The notes beneath the pieces are model-generated. The model did no database searches and had not been told where the DNA came from. It saw only the letters and a list, made by a program, of their open reading frames with translations. This document shows positions 1-10,501 of a DNA stretch of 64,000 bases, piece after piece. This stretch comes from Alphaproteobacteria bacterium (GTDB lineage: Bacteria > Pseudomonadota > Alphaproteobacteria > JAQWUY01): NCBI GenBank assembly GCA_965276005.1, contig OZ254962.1:2676991-2740990 (forward strand), written 5' to 3'. The first letter of the stretch is position 1, and every line of letters starts with the position of its first letter. Made by a program: the position numbers and the translations under genes.

Positions 1-497
1 AGACTGTTGTCGACAACCAGAACCCCGCCGATGGGCAAATGGGCGATGGCGTGTTCTACATAAAATGTATACGATTGTTTGTCCGCATCGATAAAGATGA
101 AGTCGAACTGTTGCTGTTGCATTTGCTCCAGCATGGTTTGTGTGGCGTCCCCTTGTACGATGGTGATGGTATTGGTACAGGGGTGGGCGTCAAATGAATC
201 TTTGGCAAGTTCCACATAGCGGCCGTCCCACTCCAAGCAAGTAACCGCTGCCTGTGGTGCCCCTTCGCACATGCACAGGGTGGCATAGCCGAAAAACATA
301 CCCACTTCGAGAATGTTTTTTGGTTGCTTTAAGGCGGTCAAAGTGCGTAAAAACCCACCGGACAGGCGATTTGAACTCATGTCCGCTTGCGGTGAAAATG
401 CCTGCGACATTTTCAGCACATTTTGTAAAAATGGACTCTCAAAAAATGTGTGGTTGTGGCAATATGTGTCGATAAGTGGGTCTGTAATGTTTGTCAT
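1..497 (-). CDS. O-methyltransferase (Methyltransf_3 / caffeoyl-CoA OMT-like), 3' part runs off the window
   Basis: Manual translation from ATG at 497: MTNITDPLIDTY...KNILEVGMFFGYATLCM...FDFIFIDADKQSY...GGVLVVDNS. Has the SAM motif EVGxxxGY and the FIDADK motif. Absent from the ORF track because the stop is outside the window. Confidence 0.85.
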   Translation of the reverse strand, partial: MTNITDPLIDTYCHNHTFFESPFLQNVLKMSQAFSPQADMSSNRLSGGFLRTLTALKQPKNILEVGMFFGYATLCMCEGAPQAAVTCLEWDGRYVELAKDSFDAHPCTNTITIVQGDATQTMLEQMQQQQFDFIFIDADKQSYTFYVEHAIAHLPIGGVLVVDNS

Positions 498-511
498 GTC
501 GATGTGTATAT

Positions 512-678
512 TGTACTGGTTGATTTTTGTTTGTGGCTTGTTTTGTGAATCTAGGGGGCTTTGCCCCCCGTGCGTTTAATGTGGATTTTACCATGCTTTG
601 CATGACAAAATACCACACGCACTTCCCCCCGATCGAGCACCACATCGGGCTTACGCCCTCAGCGGTTGCAACCGCTTT
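512..678. repeat. REP/MITE-like multi-hairpin element, copy 1
   Basis: ~165 bp shared with 4402-4828 and (inverted) 10305-10472. Contains GGGGGC-TTT-GCCCCC, CATGC-TTT-GCATG, CCCGAT..ATCGGG, GGGC-TTAC-GCCC and the palindrome AGCGGTTGCAACCGCT. Confidence 0.9.
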
Positions 679-764
679 CAGTATACTATACACATATTTT
701 GTTGGTGTTTCAATGGGAATATGCTATAAATATGCCTGTGTGATATAATGTGAAGAGGTGATAC

Positions 765-1655
765 ATGTCGACAACCTATACTCCAGTACCCACCGCTGTG
801 TTTCCCGTTGCGGGTTTAGGCACACGGTTTTTGCCCGCCTCGAAAGTGGTGCCAAAGGAGCTGTTTCCCCTACTCGACAAACCGCTGATCGAATATGCGG
901 TGGAGGAGGCACTGGCGGCGGGGGCAACGGATTTTATTTTTGTCATCTCCCCTACCAAAACCAGTATTGTCAAGCATTTCGAAGACGATCCAAATTTGCT
1001 GTATATGTTGGCAGAAAAACAACAACAGTATATTATCGATAAGGTAAAATGTAAAATCCCCGGTGCCATACACACGGTGGTACAATCCCAAGCCTTAGGC
1101 TTGGGACATGCCATATACTGTGCCAAAGACTTGGTCGGCGATCGCCCGTTTCATGTGCTGTTGCCGGATGATGTGGTGTTGTCTGATGTGGCGTGTCAAA
1201 AGCAGCTGGCAGATGTGTTTGATAAAACTCGATCGGGGGTGGTTGCGGTGGAATATGTGGCGTGGGAATCTGTACACAAATACGGGGTACTGGAGTGCCG
1301 AGATACGGACGATAGTGTCATACCTGTTAAGGGCTTTGTCGAAAAACCCGCCCGGGTAGATGCCCCCAGTAATCTGTCGATAATCGGGCGGTATATTTTT
1401 ACACCGCAGATTTTTACCCACTTGCAACAGGGAAAAACGGGGGCAGGGGGCGAAATACAAATCACCGATGCTATGGCGGATATGTTGGGCGAGCAAGATT
1501 TTTACGGGGTAAAGTTTCAAGGGCAGCGGTTCGACTGTGGATCAAAAGCAGGATTGTTAGAAGCCCAAATTGCCGCCGCCAGCAAAGATGCGGACTTACA
1601 GCATACCTTACCCGATATATTGGCAAAATACAGCAGTGGAAGAGGACACAGATGA
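765..1655 (+). CDS. galU: UTP--glucose-1-phosphate uridylyltransferase
   Basis: AVFPVAGLGTRFLPASKVVPKE, VEKP, GAGGEIQITDA and FDCGSK motifs. Confidence 0.95.
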   Translation: MSTTYTPVPTAVFPVAGLGTRFLPASKVVPKELFPLLDKPLIEYAVEEALAAGATDFIFVISPTKTSIVKHFEDDPNLLYMLAEKQQQYIIDKVKCKIPGAIHTVVQSQALGLGHAIYCAKDLVGDRPFHVLLPDDVVLSDVACQKQLADVFDKTRSGVVAVEYVAWESVHKYGVLECRDTDDSVIPVKGFVEKPARVDAPSNLSIIGRYIFTPQIFTHLQQGKTGAGGEIQITDAMADMLGEQDFYGVKFQGQRFDCGSKAGLLEAQIAAASKDADLQHTLPDILAKYSSGRGHR

Positions 1656-2968
1656 AAATTGCAATGATTGGTACTGGATATGTGGGTTTGGTGACGGGCG
1701 TGTGTTTGTCGCACTTGGGGCATACGGTAGCTTGTATCGATGCGGATGTGGCAAAAATCGACAATATCAAACGGGGTGTTATACCTATTTATGAAACCGG
1801 TCTAAATCGTTTGTTGCACCAATGTGTACAACAAGGGCGGTTGTCTTTCACAAACGATTTACAACAGGGTATCAAAGGCTGTGCCGCTGTGTTTATTTGC
1901 GTAGGCACCCCGTCCCGATCCGATGGCAGTGCCGATGTATCGGCGGTGTTTGCGGTTGCCGAACGCATCGCTTGCATTGCCGATGATACTATTGTCGTGG
2001 TCGATAAATCCACCGTGCCAGTGGGTACCGCCGATAAAGTCCGCACCCTTATGCAGCAGACAAACCCAGATTTAAAATTTTCTGTGGTGTCGAACCCAGA
2101 ATTTTTACGAGAGGGGGTTGCCATCGAGGATTTTCTCAATCCCGACCGTATTGTCATCGGGGCGGATGATGCACTGGGCAGTACGGTTATGCAGGAAGTA
2201 TATGCCCCGTTTACCCATCGAGATGTACCGTTAATGATGACGGATACCAAATCAGCGGAAATGATAAAATATGCCACCAATGCGTTTTTGGCAACGAAAA
2301 TTACTTTTGCCAATGACTTAGCGGATCTGTGTGAAAAAGTCGGCAGCAACATCACCGATGTGACCAAAGGGTTTGGTATGGATACCCGTATTGGCTACAA
2401 GTTTTTACACCCGGGACCCGGCTATGGGGGCAGTTGTTTCCCCAAAGACACTCGAGCGTTGGTGCATACTTCCAATACACACGGGGTCGACATGGACATT
2501 ATCCGCACGGTGGTAAAAGTCAATGAACACCGCAAAGCCCGCATGGCGGATAAGATTTTACAGCTGATGGGCTCTGATAACAAAAAAGCCACCATATTAG
2601 GTTTGACCTTTAAATCGAACACAGACGATATACGGGAATCGCCGTCTTTAACCATCATCCCCAAATTGTTACAGGCGGGGGTACACATATCCGCATACGA
2701 TCCAGAAGGCATGCACAATGCCAAACAAAACCTAGCGGACATCGATTTTTGTAACAGTGTCGAAGACGCTTGTACAAACACAGATGCGATGGTTATTTTG
2801 ACAGAATGGAGTGCTTTTTCTGTGTTAGATTTTGCTACACTGGCACGGGTAGTGCGGACAAAAACCATTATCGATTTACGCAATTTATACGATTTGGAGC
2901 GTATGCAACAGATTCACAACACACACGGCTTTACATACCACAGTATAGGACGGCAGTCGATTGTGTAA
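1652..2968 (+). CDS. ugd: UDP-glucose/GDP-mannose family 6-dehydrogenase
   Basis: GTGYVG Rossmann motif, KSTVPVG, SNPEFLREG, GYGGSCFPKD catalytic Cys; ATGA overlap with galU. Confidence 0.95.
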   Translation: MKIAMIGTGYVGLVTGVCLSHLGHTVACIDADVAKIDNIKRGVIPIYETGLNRLLHQCVQQGRLSFTNDLQQGIKGCAAVFICVGTPSRSDGSADVSAVFAVAERIACIADDTIVVVDKSTVPVGTADKVRTLMQQTNPDLKFSVVSNPEFLREGVAIEDFLNPDRIVIGADDALGSTVMQEVYAPFTHRDVPLMMTDTKSAEMIKYATNAFLATKITFANDLADLCEKVGSNITDVTKGFGMDTRIGYKFLHPGPGYGGSCFPKDTRALVHTSNTHGVDMDIIRTVVKVNEHRKARMADKILQLMGSDNKKATILGLTFKSNTDDIRESPSLTIIPKLLQAGVHISAYDPEGMHNAKQNLADIDFCNSVEDACTNTDAMVILTEWSAFSVLDFATLARVVRTKTIIDLRNLYDLERMQQIHNTHGFTYHSIGRQSIV

Positions 2969-2995
2969 AAAATACAGAAAGGGCACACCCATACC

Positions 2996-4393
2996 ATGAC
3001 ACCACCCCATTCCCATAGCTTTAATCCCACTATTTTACGACAATACGATATTCGTGGTATTGTGGGCGATACTTTACACGGAGCGGATGCGTACGCTATT
3101 GGCCGTTCATTAGCCACCATTGCTAGCGAACGGCACACCTCCATACGGGCGGTGGTGGGCTATGATGGGCGGGTGTCATCGCCGACACTTGCCAAATATC
3201 TGATAGACGGCTTTACCGATGCCGGCGTGGCGGTGGTCGATGTGGGCTTGTGTCCTACCCCGCTGTTGTATATGGCAGGCAAAGAGTTAAACGCCCCTAT
3301 TGCCGTCATGATAACCGGCAGCCATAACCCGTCCGCATACAATGGCTTTAAAATTATGCTGCAGGGGGCATCGTTTTTTGGTGAAGATATTCAAAAACTG
3401 GGCGATATTGCCAAACGGGGCGATTGGGTATGCCTGCAAAACCCCGCCCCCCCTGTGTACGAACAACAGGATTTTTCTGCATTTTATGTACAACGCATTT
3501 TACAAGATTATAACCCTAAAGCCGTATATACGGTGGTGTGGGATACGGGCAATGGGGCGATGGGGGCGGTGTTACGCCAGCTGACCGACAAAATGGCGGG
3601 GACGCATATTATCATTAACGAAGCCGTAGACGGCACCTTTCCCAACCACCACCCTGACCCAACGGTGGAGAGCAACCTTGAGCAGCTCAAAACCGCTGTA
3701 CAGCGGCACAAGGCGGATATGGGCATTGCTTTTGACGGCGATGGCGATAGGGTGGGGATTGTCGATGCTATGGGGCGGGTGCTGTGGGGGGATGAAATTT
3801 TATGCGTGTTGGTCGAGCCCGTGCTTGCCAAATATCCTAAGGCAAAAATATTGTCTGATGTAAAAGCATCCGATGTGTTGTTCGAACACATTGCTCGTAT
3901 GGGAGGGGTACCGGTGATGGTGGCAACGGGGCATTCGATTGTAAAATCTCGTATGATCGAAGAACAATCGCCATTAGCGGGGGAAATGAGTGCCCATATA
4001 TTCTTTGCCGATGGTTTTTATGGACATGACGATGCCCTGTATGCGGGGGTGCGGTTTATCAATGCCATTTATGCAGGCGGTATGTCTGTGGCACAGGCAA
4101 AAGACGCCTTGCCGCAAATGGTCAATACTCCAGAAATCCGTATCGACATCGATGAGGACAAAAAATTCCCGCTGATTAGGCAACTGGCACAGCACATGCA
4201 GGACACAGGCACAGAGTACTGCGACATCGACGGCGTACGGGTACGCACAGAAAATGGTTGGTGGCTGTGCCGGGCATCGAACACGCAAAACTGTATCACC
4301 ATGCGGTTTGAGGCAAACACGCAGCAAAATTTACAGGCTATGATACAATCCGTGCAAGATATACTGGCACAGTATGGGGTGAGTCGTTGGTGA
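2996..4393 (+). CDS. Phosphomannomutase/phosphoglucomutase
   Basis: YDIRG, TGSHNP phosphoserine loop, FDGDGDR metal loop, GEMSAH. Confidence 0.95.
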   Translation: MTPPHSHSFNPTILRQYDIRGIVGDTLHGADAYAIGRSLATIASERHTSIRAVVGYDGRVSSPTLAKYLIDGFTDAGVAVVDVGLCPTPLLYMAGKELNAPIAVMITGSHNPSAYNGFKIMLQGASFFGEDIQKLGDIAKRGDWVCLQNPAPPVYEQQDFSAFYVQRILQDYNPKAVYTVVWDTGNGAMGAVLRQLTDKMAGTHIIINEAVDGTFPNHHPDPTVESNLEQLKTAVQRHKADMGIAFDGDGDRVGIVDAMGRVLWGDEILCVLVEPVLAKYPKAKILSDVKASDVLFEHIARMGGVPVMVATGHSIVKSRMIEEQSPLAGEMSAHIFFADGFYGHDDALYAGVRFINAIYAGGMSVAQAKDALPQMVNTPEIRIDIDEDKKFPLIRQLAQHMQDTGTEYCDIDGVRVRTENGWWLCRASNTQNCITMRFEANTQQNLQAMIQSVQDILAQYGVSRW

Positions 4394-4401
4394 GATAGTG
4401 C

Positions 4402-4828
4402 TGTACTGGCTGATTTTTGTTTGTGGCAGGGTTTGTGAGTCTAGGGGGCTTCGCCCCCCGTGCGTTTAATGTGGATTTTACCGTGTTTCGCACGACAAAA
4501 TACCACACGCACTTCCCCCCCGCATCGAGCACCACATCGGGCTTACGCCCTCAGCGGTTGCAACCGGAGTCTAGGGGGCTTCGCCCCCGTGCGTTTAATG
4601 TGGATTTTACCGTGCTTCGCACGACAAAATACCACACGCACTTCCCCCCGCATCGAGCACCACATCGGGCTTACGCCCTCAGCGGTTGCAACCGGAGTCT
4701 AGGGGGCTTCGCCCCCCGTGCGTTTAATGTGGATTTTACCGTGCTTCGCACGACAAAATACCACACGCACTTCCCCCCCGCATCGAGCACCACATCGGGC
4801 TTACGCCCTCAGCGGTTGCAACCGCTTT
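4402..4828. repeat. REP/MITE-like element with its core tandemly triplicated
   Basis: Core GAGTCTAG...GCAACCG repeated at 4437-4566, 4567-4694 and 4695-4824; lies between convergent genes. Confidence 0.95.
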
Positions 4829-5860
4829 TTATACACATACGGTTTTTCCAGTGTGCATTGATGTTTCTATGGCTTGTATAACCCGCATGACTTTTAAACC
4901 GTCTGTAGCGGTGATTTTTGGTGGTGATGTGCCGGAAATCACATCGGAAAAGTGTTCCATTTGGGTGACCAAGCTGTCTTGATTGTGGGGTATGGTGAGG
5001 GTGTCCGTACTGATGGGGGTATACCAGTTTTTATCGCCTTTGTAATACCATATGCGGTTTTTTGGCAATTCTAGCGACGCCTCTGTTCCCCCGATCATGC
5101 AATATGCGTTTTGCGTGTTGGGATACACCACATTATCGCCGCTGGTCAGCTCCCAACTCCATGGGGCGGGGATGGTGTCGGATATATTTAAAGTCCCCAA
5201 CGCCCCACAGGCAAATGTACACAGCACAACCCCCGTATCGATGGCATCAAAATGGCGATTTTTGTTGCTGCCAATGGCGGTTACGCTGGTAATATCGCCG
5301 ATAAAATAGTGTAGTAAATCTATGTCATGGGGCAGGTTGATATGCAGCGGTCCCCCTTGCGATTGGGTACGCCATATGGCATCGAAATAGGCGTCTTGTT
5401 TGTGTACCCAAAAATGGCAATGCACGGATACAATTCGTCCCAATGCCCCCGCAGAAATACAGTCTTTGGCGGTGCTGACAAGGGGATTATAGCGGCGAAA
5501 ATATCCCGTTAAAACGGGGATATTGTATGTTTCAGATGCCTCGATAATCTGTGCACAATCGCTTATGTCAGGTGCCAACGGCTTTTCCACCAACACCGGC
5601 ACCCCATGCCGTATACACGCCACCGCCCCTTGCACATGCAGAGCGTTGGGCGTTGCCACCACCACCCCATCAGGCTTGACGGTCGTCAGCATGGTTGCCA
5701 CATCGGAAAACGCCGGTACATTATATTTTTCGGCAATACGGTTTATATCGGGTCGCACATCGACAACCGCACACAACACCGCATTGCTGGCACCGCTTAA
5801 CGCTCGCACATGCCAGCCCCCGACCAATCCAACACCAACAACAGCGATCTTACTGTGCAT
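4829..5860 (-). CDS. Gfo/Idh/MocA family oxidoreductase
   Basis: IAVVGVGLVG, VVATPNALH, VLVEKP, GGPLHINLPHDID. Confidence 0.9.
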   Translation of the reverse strand: MHSKIAVVGVGLVGGWHVRALSGASNAVLCAVVDVRPDINRIAEKYNVPAFSDVATMLTTVKPDGVVVATPNALHVQGAVACIRHGVPVLVEKPLAPDISDCAQIIEASETYNIPVLTGYFRRYNPLVSTAKDCISAGALGRIVSVHCHFWVHKQDAYFDAIWRTQSQGGPLHINLPHDIDLLHYFIGDITSVTAIGSNKNRHFDAIDTGVVLCTFACGALGTLNISDTIPAPWSWELTSGDNVVYPNTQNAYCMIGGTEASLELPKNRIWYYKGDKNWYTPISTDTLTIPHNQDSLVTQMEHFSDVISGTSPPKITATDGLKVMRVIQAIETSMHTGKTVCV

Positions 5861-5864
5861 TTTC

Positions 5865-7406
5865 TTAGCTATAATGTTTGTGATAGTCCATAGCGATACC
5901 GTAATCTGGATCGTCGTCCAGTACTTCGATAGCCGATCCGGATTTTTTTAACAGGTGGCGACAATCGTTCGACAAGTGCCGCAGCTTTAAGGTCTTGCCC
6001 GCCCGCTTGTAGCGGTCATACAAAGCATCGATAGCTTCGATGGCACTGTGGTCTGCGACACGGGAAAATTTAAAGTCTACAATCACCGTTTGCGGATCCT
6101 CAGACGGGGTGAAAATATCTCGAAACGGGGCAACGGAACCAAAGAACAACACGCCCCGTACCGCATATATTTTGTCCCCCCTGTCGTTTAGGGTGTACGA
6201 TGCCCATACGCTGCTGGCGGTTTTCCAAGCAAACGCTAGGGCGGAGACGATAACTCCGACAATAACCGCAATGGCAAGGTCGGTGGCAACGGTTACCACC
6301 GTTACAAGCACCACCACCAACGCATCGACCAATGGAATACGATGTAAAATCTTTAACGACGACCACGCAAAAGTTCCCACAACCACCATAAACATCACCC
6401 CGGTTAAGGCGGCAAGCGGTATCATCTCAATAAGTGGCGATGCCCACAAAATAAACGCTAGCAATATCAAAGCCGCACATATACCAGAAGCCCTGCCCCG
6501 CCCGCCGGATTGGATGTTAATCATCGATTGCCCAATCATCGCACAGCCCCCCATACCGCCAAACAAGCCAGTAACCGTGTTGGCAACCCCTTGACCGATA
6601 CACTCACGGGCGGTGTGTCCTTTGGTTTCGGTGATTTCGTCAATCAAAGACAAGGTCAGCATACTTTCAATCAAGCCGATTAAGGCAAGGATAACCGCAT
6701 AGGGTAAAATAATGCGAAAAGTGTCGAAACTAAACGGCACTACGGGAATATGCAGGGTAGGCAACCCCCCAGAAATAGACGCCATATCGCCAACCGTACG
6801 AACATCTAGCCCCAGTGCCAGTGCCACCGCAAAAGTTATCACAATCCCCATCAGCGGTGCTGGTAACGCTTTAGTGATTTTCGGAAACACAAAGATAATA
6901 CACATAGTTAGGGCGGTTAATCCAAGCATCGTATACATCTGTATACCCTGCATCCACACCCATGTGCCGTCTGCGGATTGTACTTTAAACTGTCCCAGTT
7001 GGGCAAGGAAAATCACGATCGCCAAGCCGTTTACAAAACCCAGCATCACCGGATGGGGCACAAGGCGGATAAATTTCCCCAGTTTAAACACGCCGGCAGC
7101 AATTTGTAAAACCCCCATTAACACCACCGCCGCAAACAGGTACTCGACTCCGTGTTCGGCAACAAGGCTGACCATGACCACCGCTAATGCCCCCGCCGCC
7201 CCGGAAATCATCCCCGGGCGACCGCCAATAGCAGCGGTGATAAGCCCCACCAAAAACGCCGCATACAATCCCACCAACGGATCGACCCCAGCAACAAAGG
7301 CAAAGGCAACCGCCTCAGGGACTAAGGCAAGGGCGACGGTCAATCCAGACAAAAAATCCAAGCGTAAATTGTGCGTCTGTGTTTTACTGATAATGGTTGT
7401 TAGCAT
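5865..7406 (-). CDS. SulP family inorganic anion transporter with C-terminal STAS domain
   Basis: DFLSGLTVALALVPEAVAFA, GMISGAAGA, GGMGGCAMIGQS, STAS-like VDFKFSRVADHSAIEA. Start moved to ATG 7406, which has an AAGGA RBS. Confidence 0.92.
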   Translation of the reverse strand: MLTTIISKTQTHNLRLDFLSGLTVALALVPEAVAFAFVAGVDPLVGLYAAFLVGLITAAIGGRPGMISGAAGALAVVMVSLVAEHGVEYLFAAVVLMGVLQIAAGVFKLGKFIRLVPHPVMLGFVNGLAIVIFLAQLGQFKVQSADGTWVWMQGIQMYTMLGLTALTMCIIFVFPKITKALPAPLMGIVITFAVALALGLDVRTVGDMASISGGLPTLHIPVVPFSFDTFRIILPYAVILALIGLIESMLTLSLIDEITETKGHTARECIGQGVANTVTGLFGGMGGCAMIGQSMINIQSGGRGRASGICAALILLAFILWASPLIEMIPLAALTGVMFMVVVGTFAWSSLKILHRIPLVDALVVVLVTVVTVATDLAIAVIVGVIVSALAFAWKTASSVWASYTLNDRGDKIYAVRGVLFFGSVAPFRDIFTPSEDPQTVIVDFKFSRVADHSAIEAIDALYDRYKRAGKTLKLRHLSNDCRHLLKKSGSAIEVLDDDPDYGIAMDYHKHYS

Positions 7407-7551
7407 GACATTTTCCTTAGTAAAAATTATTGTTAGGTGTTTCATTATAAGCGAAAATCTTGTATTTTGCAAGTATTCATATTGCTTTTTTCTGTAATGT
7501 ACGATACATATAGGGGGGTAATAAATCAAAACTAAGGAAAAAATAAAAATT

Positions 7552-9228
7552 ATGTCATATCAATTTGTATATGGAATGCACGGTTTAACCAAGACTTATC
7601 CGGGTGGTAAAACGGTGCTGAGTAATATTAACTTGCAATTTTTGCCAGGGGCAAAAATTGGCGTGTTGGGATATAATGGGGCGGGCAAGTCGACACTGTT
7701 AAAAATTATGGCGGGGCTAGACACGGAATATCAAGGCGAGGCTTGGGTTGCCGATGGTGTTAAGGTGGGGTACCTTGCCCAAGAGCCGCAACTAGATGCG
7801 ACCAAGACCGTTGCCGAAAATGTGATGGACGGTTTGGGCGAAATAAAGCAGGTTGTAGATGCTTTTAATGCTATTTCCACACAGCTAGCGGAAGTAACAG
7901 ACACCGATGAAATGATGGCGTTGATTGAAAAACAAGGGCAATATCAAGAAAAAATTGACGCTGCCGATGCGTGGGATTTAGACCGGGTTGTCGACATTGC
8001 TATGGACGCTTTGCGGTGTCCCGATGGCGATATGGCGGTTACCCATTTATCTGGGGGGGAAGTGCGGCGGGTGGCGTTGTGTCGCTTGTTGCTGAGCAAG
8101 CCGGATATGTTGTTGCTGGACGAACCGACCAACCATTTGGATGCCGAATCTGTGGCGTGGCTGCAGCGGTTTTTGGCGGATTATACGGGTACGGTGGTGA
8201 TGGTGACACACGACCGCTATTTTTTGGACAATGTGACTGGTTGGATTTTGGAACTCGATCGGGGACATGGTATTCCATATGAAGGCAATTATACAGCGTG
8301 GCTGGAGCAAAAATCTATCCGCTTGCAACAAGAGGGCAAAGCTGAAGACCAACGGGCAAAAACCATCGCCCAAGAAAAACAGTGGGTTGGGCAATCGCCA
8401 AAAGCCCGCCAAGCCAAAAACAAAGCCCGCATTCAAGCCTATGAACAATTGTTAAAACAACAAACAGAAGCCCGCACCGTTACCAGTACCCTTACTATTC
8501 CCGCCGGCGGCAGATTGGGCGATGTGGTGATTAAGGCGGATGCGGTGGCAAAATCGTTTGGCGATAAATTGTTGTATGACAACATGGCATTTAACTTGCC
8601 TCGTGGTGGCATTATCGGGGTTATCGGTGCCAATGGGGCGGGTAAAACCACTTTGTTTAAAATGATAACCGGCATTGAAACCCCCGATTCGGGACACTTT
8701 ACTGTAGGCGAAACTGTACACTTGGGATATGTGGATCAATCCCGGGATTCGCTAAGCGATACAAACACGGTATGGCAAGAAATTTCTGACGGTTTGGATA
8801 CGGTGGCACTGGGCAAACGGACATTGTCGTCCCGGGCGTATGTGGGGTCGTTTAACTTCAAAGGGGCGGATCAACAAAAGAAAGTGGGGCAGCTGTCAGG
8901 CGGTGAACGCAACCGAGTACACCTTGCCAAGATGTTAAAACAAGGGGCAAATGTGTTGCTGTTAGACGAACCCACCAATGATTTGGATGTGGATACCTTG
9001 CGGGCGTTAGAGGAAGCGTTGCTAAACTTTGCCGGCTGTGCGGTGATTATTTCCCACGACCGTTGGTTTCTCGACCGGGTGGCAACGCATATACTGGCGT
9101 TCGAGGGCAATTCACAAGTGGTGTGGTTCGAAGGCAATTACCAAGATTATGAAACCGACCGCAAACGGCGTTTGGGGGATACCGTTTTAAACCCCACCCG
9201 CATTAAATATAAACCTGTAACCCGATAA
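7552..9228 (+). CDS. ettA: Energy-dependent translational throttle protein (ABC-F)
   Basis: Two ABC domains ([21 protein letters not shown] twice), no transmembrane segments, conserved C-terminus PTRIKYKPV. Confidence 0.93.
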   Translation: MSYQFVYGMHGLTKTYPGGKTVLSNINLQFLPGAKIGVLGYNGAGKSTLLKIMAGLDTEYQGEAWVADGVKVGYLAQEPQLDATKTVAENVMDGLGEIKQVVDAFNAISTQLAEVTDTDEMMALIEKQGQYQEKIDAADAWDLDRVVDIAMDALRCPDGDMAVTHLSGGEVRRVALCRLLLSKPDMLLLDEPTNHLDAESVAWLQRFLADYTGTVVMVTHDRYFLDNVTGWILELDRGHGIPYEGNYTAWLEQKSIRLQQEGKAEDQRAKTIAQEKQWVGQSPKARQAKNKARIQAYEQLLKQQTEARTVTSTLTIPAGGRLGDVVIKADAVAKSFGDKLLYDNMAFNLPRGGIIGVIGANGAGKTTLFKMITGIETPDSGHFTVGETVHLGYVDQSRDSLSDTNTVWQEISDGLDTVALGKRTLSSRAYVGSFNFKGADQQKKVGQLSGGERNRVHLAKMLKQGANVLLLDEPTNDLDVDTLRALEEALLNFAGCAVIISHDRWFLDRVATHILAFEGNSQVVWFEGNYQDYETDRKRRLGDTVLNPTRIKYKPVTR

Positions 9229-9238
9229 GGAGAACACT

Positions 9239-9529
9239 ATGCAATATACATCAGAAACAACACAACCAGAAAGCGAACAACACACCACTCCCGCATTGAC
9301 CCCAACTGGGCAAAGACTACGGGCGTATATCGACCGTATTGAGAGGCTGGAAGAAAGTAAAAAAGACATTATGGAAGATATTAAAGAAGTATACGCCGAA
9401 GCCAAAGGCGACGGGTTTGATAGTAAAGCCATGCGTAAAATTGTTGCCATTCGCAAAAAAGATTCTGCCGAAGTTGCCGAAGAAGAGGCGATTTTGGACA
9501 CTTACAAAGCGGCACTAGGCATGGCGTAA
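9239..9529 (+). CDS. gapR: GapR/DUF2312 nucleoid-associated DNA-binding protein
   Basis: [38 protein letters not shown]...[10 protein letters not shown] matches the family pattern. Confidence 0.88.
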   Translation: MQYTSETTQPESEQHTTPALTPTGQRLRAYIDRIERLEESKKDIMEDIKEVYAEAKGDGFDSKAMRKIVAIRKKDSAEVAEEEAILDTYKAALGMA

Positions 9530-9545
9530 CCGGAGGAGAAAAACC

Positions 9546-10277
9546 ATGACAAAAACCATATTTATTACAGGTGCCACAGGTGGTGTTGGCGGGGCAACCG
9601 CACAGCTGTTCGCATCACACGGATACCGTGTGGCGGTGGGGTACCATTCGAATGTCGATAAAGCCAACGCCCTTGTGCAAGACTTGCCCGGCGGTGGGCA
9701 TATGGCGGTACAGTGTACGGTTAATAAAACAGAAACCATCGAACAAGCCATTGCCCATATTACCCAAACTTTTGGCACATTGGATGTGTTGGTGAACAAT
9801 GGCGGTTCGACAAAATTTATTGCCCATGCGGATTTGGACGCTTTAACCGATGAAGTTATCGATGATATTTTTGCCATACATGTACGGGGAACATTGGCAT
9901 GTGTCCGCCATGCGGTACCGATTATGAACACAGACGGGGTGATTGTCAATATTTCGTCGATTGCCGCTGAATCGGGAATGGGCAGCAATATTGCGTACTG
10001 TGCGGCAAAAGCGGCAATCAATACGATTATTAAATCGTTGGCACGGTGTTTGGCACCGAAAATACGGGTTATTGGCGTCGCACCCGGGTTGTTAAATACC
10101 GGCTTTGTCAAAGGTGCCGGATCCGATGATTTCTTTATCGCACAGGCGGCAGCAACCCCCCTACAACGGCTTGGCACCGTCGAGGAGATAGCACAGGCGA
10201 TTTATGCGGGTGTCGAACACATGCCTTTTACCACAGGTAGAGTTCTTACCATAGATGGCGGACGGTTGTTGGTATAG
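9546..10277 (+). CDS. Short-chain dehydrogenase/reductase
   Basis: TGATGGVG, LVNNGG, NISS, YCAAK. Confidence 0.92.
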   Translation: MTKTIFITGATGGVGGATAQLFASHGYRVAVGYHSNVDKANALVQDLPGGGHMAVQCTVNKTETIEQAIAHITQTFGTLDVLVNNGGSTKFIAHADLDALTDEVIDDIFAIHVRGTLACVRHAVPIMNTDGVIVNISSIAAESGMGSNIAYCAAKAAINTIIKSLARCLAPKIRVIGVAPGLLNTGFVKGAGSDDFFIAQAAATPLQRLGTVEEIAQAIYAGVEHMPFTTGRVLTIDGGRLLV

Positions 10278-10304
10278 GAAAGTTAATGTTTATGGGGTGT
10301 ATAA

Positions 10305-10472
10305 AAAGCGGTTGCAACCGCTGAGGGCTTTAGCCCGATGTGGTGCTCGATCATGGGGGGAAGTGCGTGTGGTATTTTGTCATGCGAAGCATGGTAAAAT
10401 CCACATTAAACGCACGGGGGGCGAAGCCCTCTAGACTCATGCACAAGCCACAAACAAAAATCAACCCGTACA
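10305..10472. repeat. REP/MITE-like element, inverted copy
   Basis: Reverse complement of 512-678; lies between the convergent SDR and SnoaL-like genes. Confidence 0.9.
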
Positions 10473-10501
10473 ATATATTAAATCATTTTATGCAATTTTG
10501 G

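Noticed and set aside
4437-4824. CRISPR array
   Set aside because: The ~130-bp units abut directly with no unique spacers, and no cas genes are present in the window.
4338-4881. ORFs 4338-4535, 4417-4881, 4460-4702 (also 439-693 and 527-748)
   Set aside because: They are translations of the hairpin repeat and shift frame between copies.
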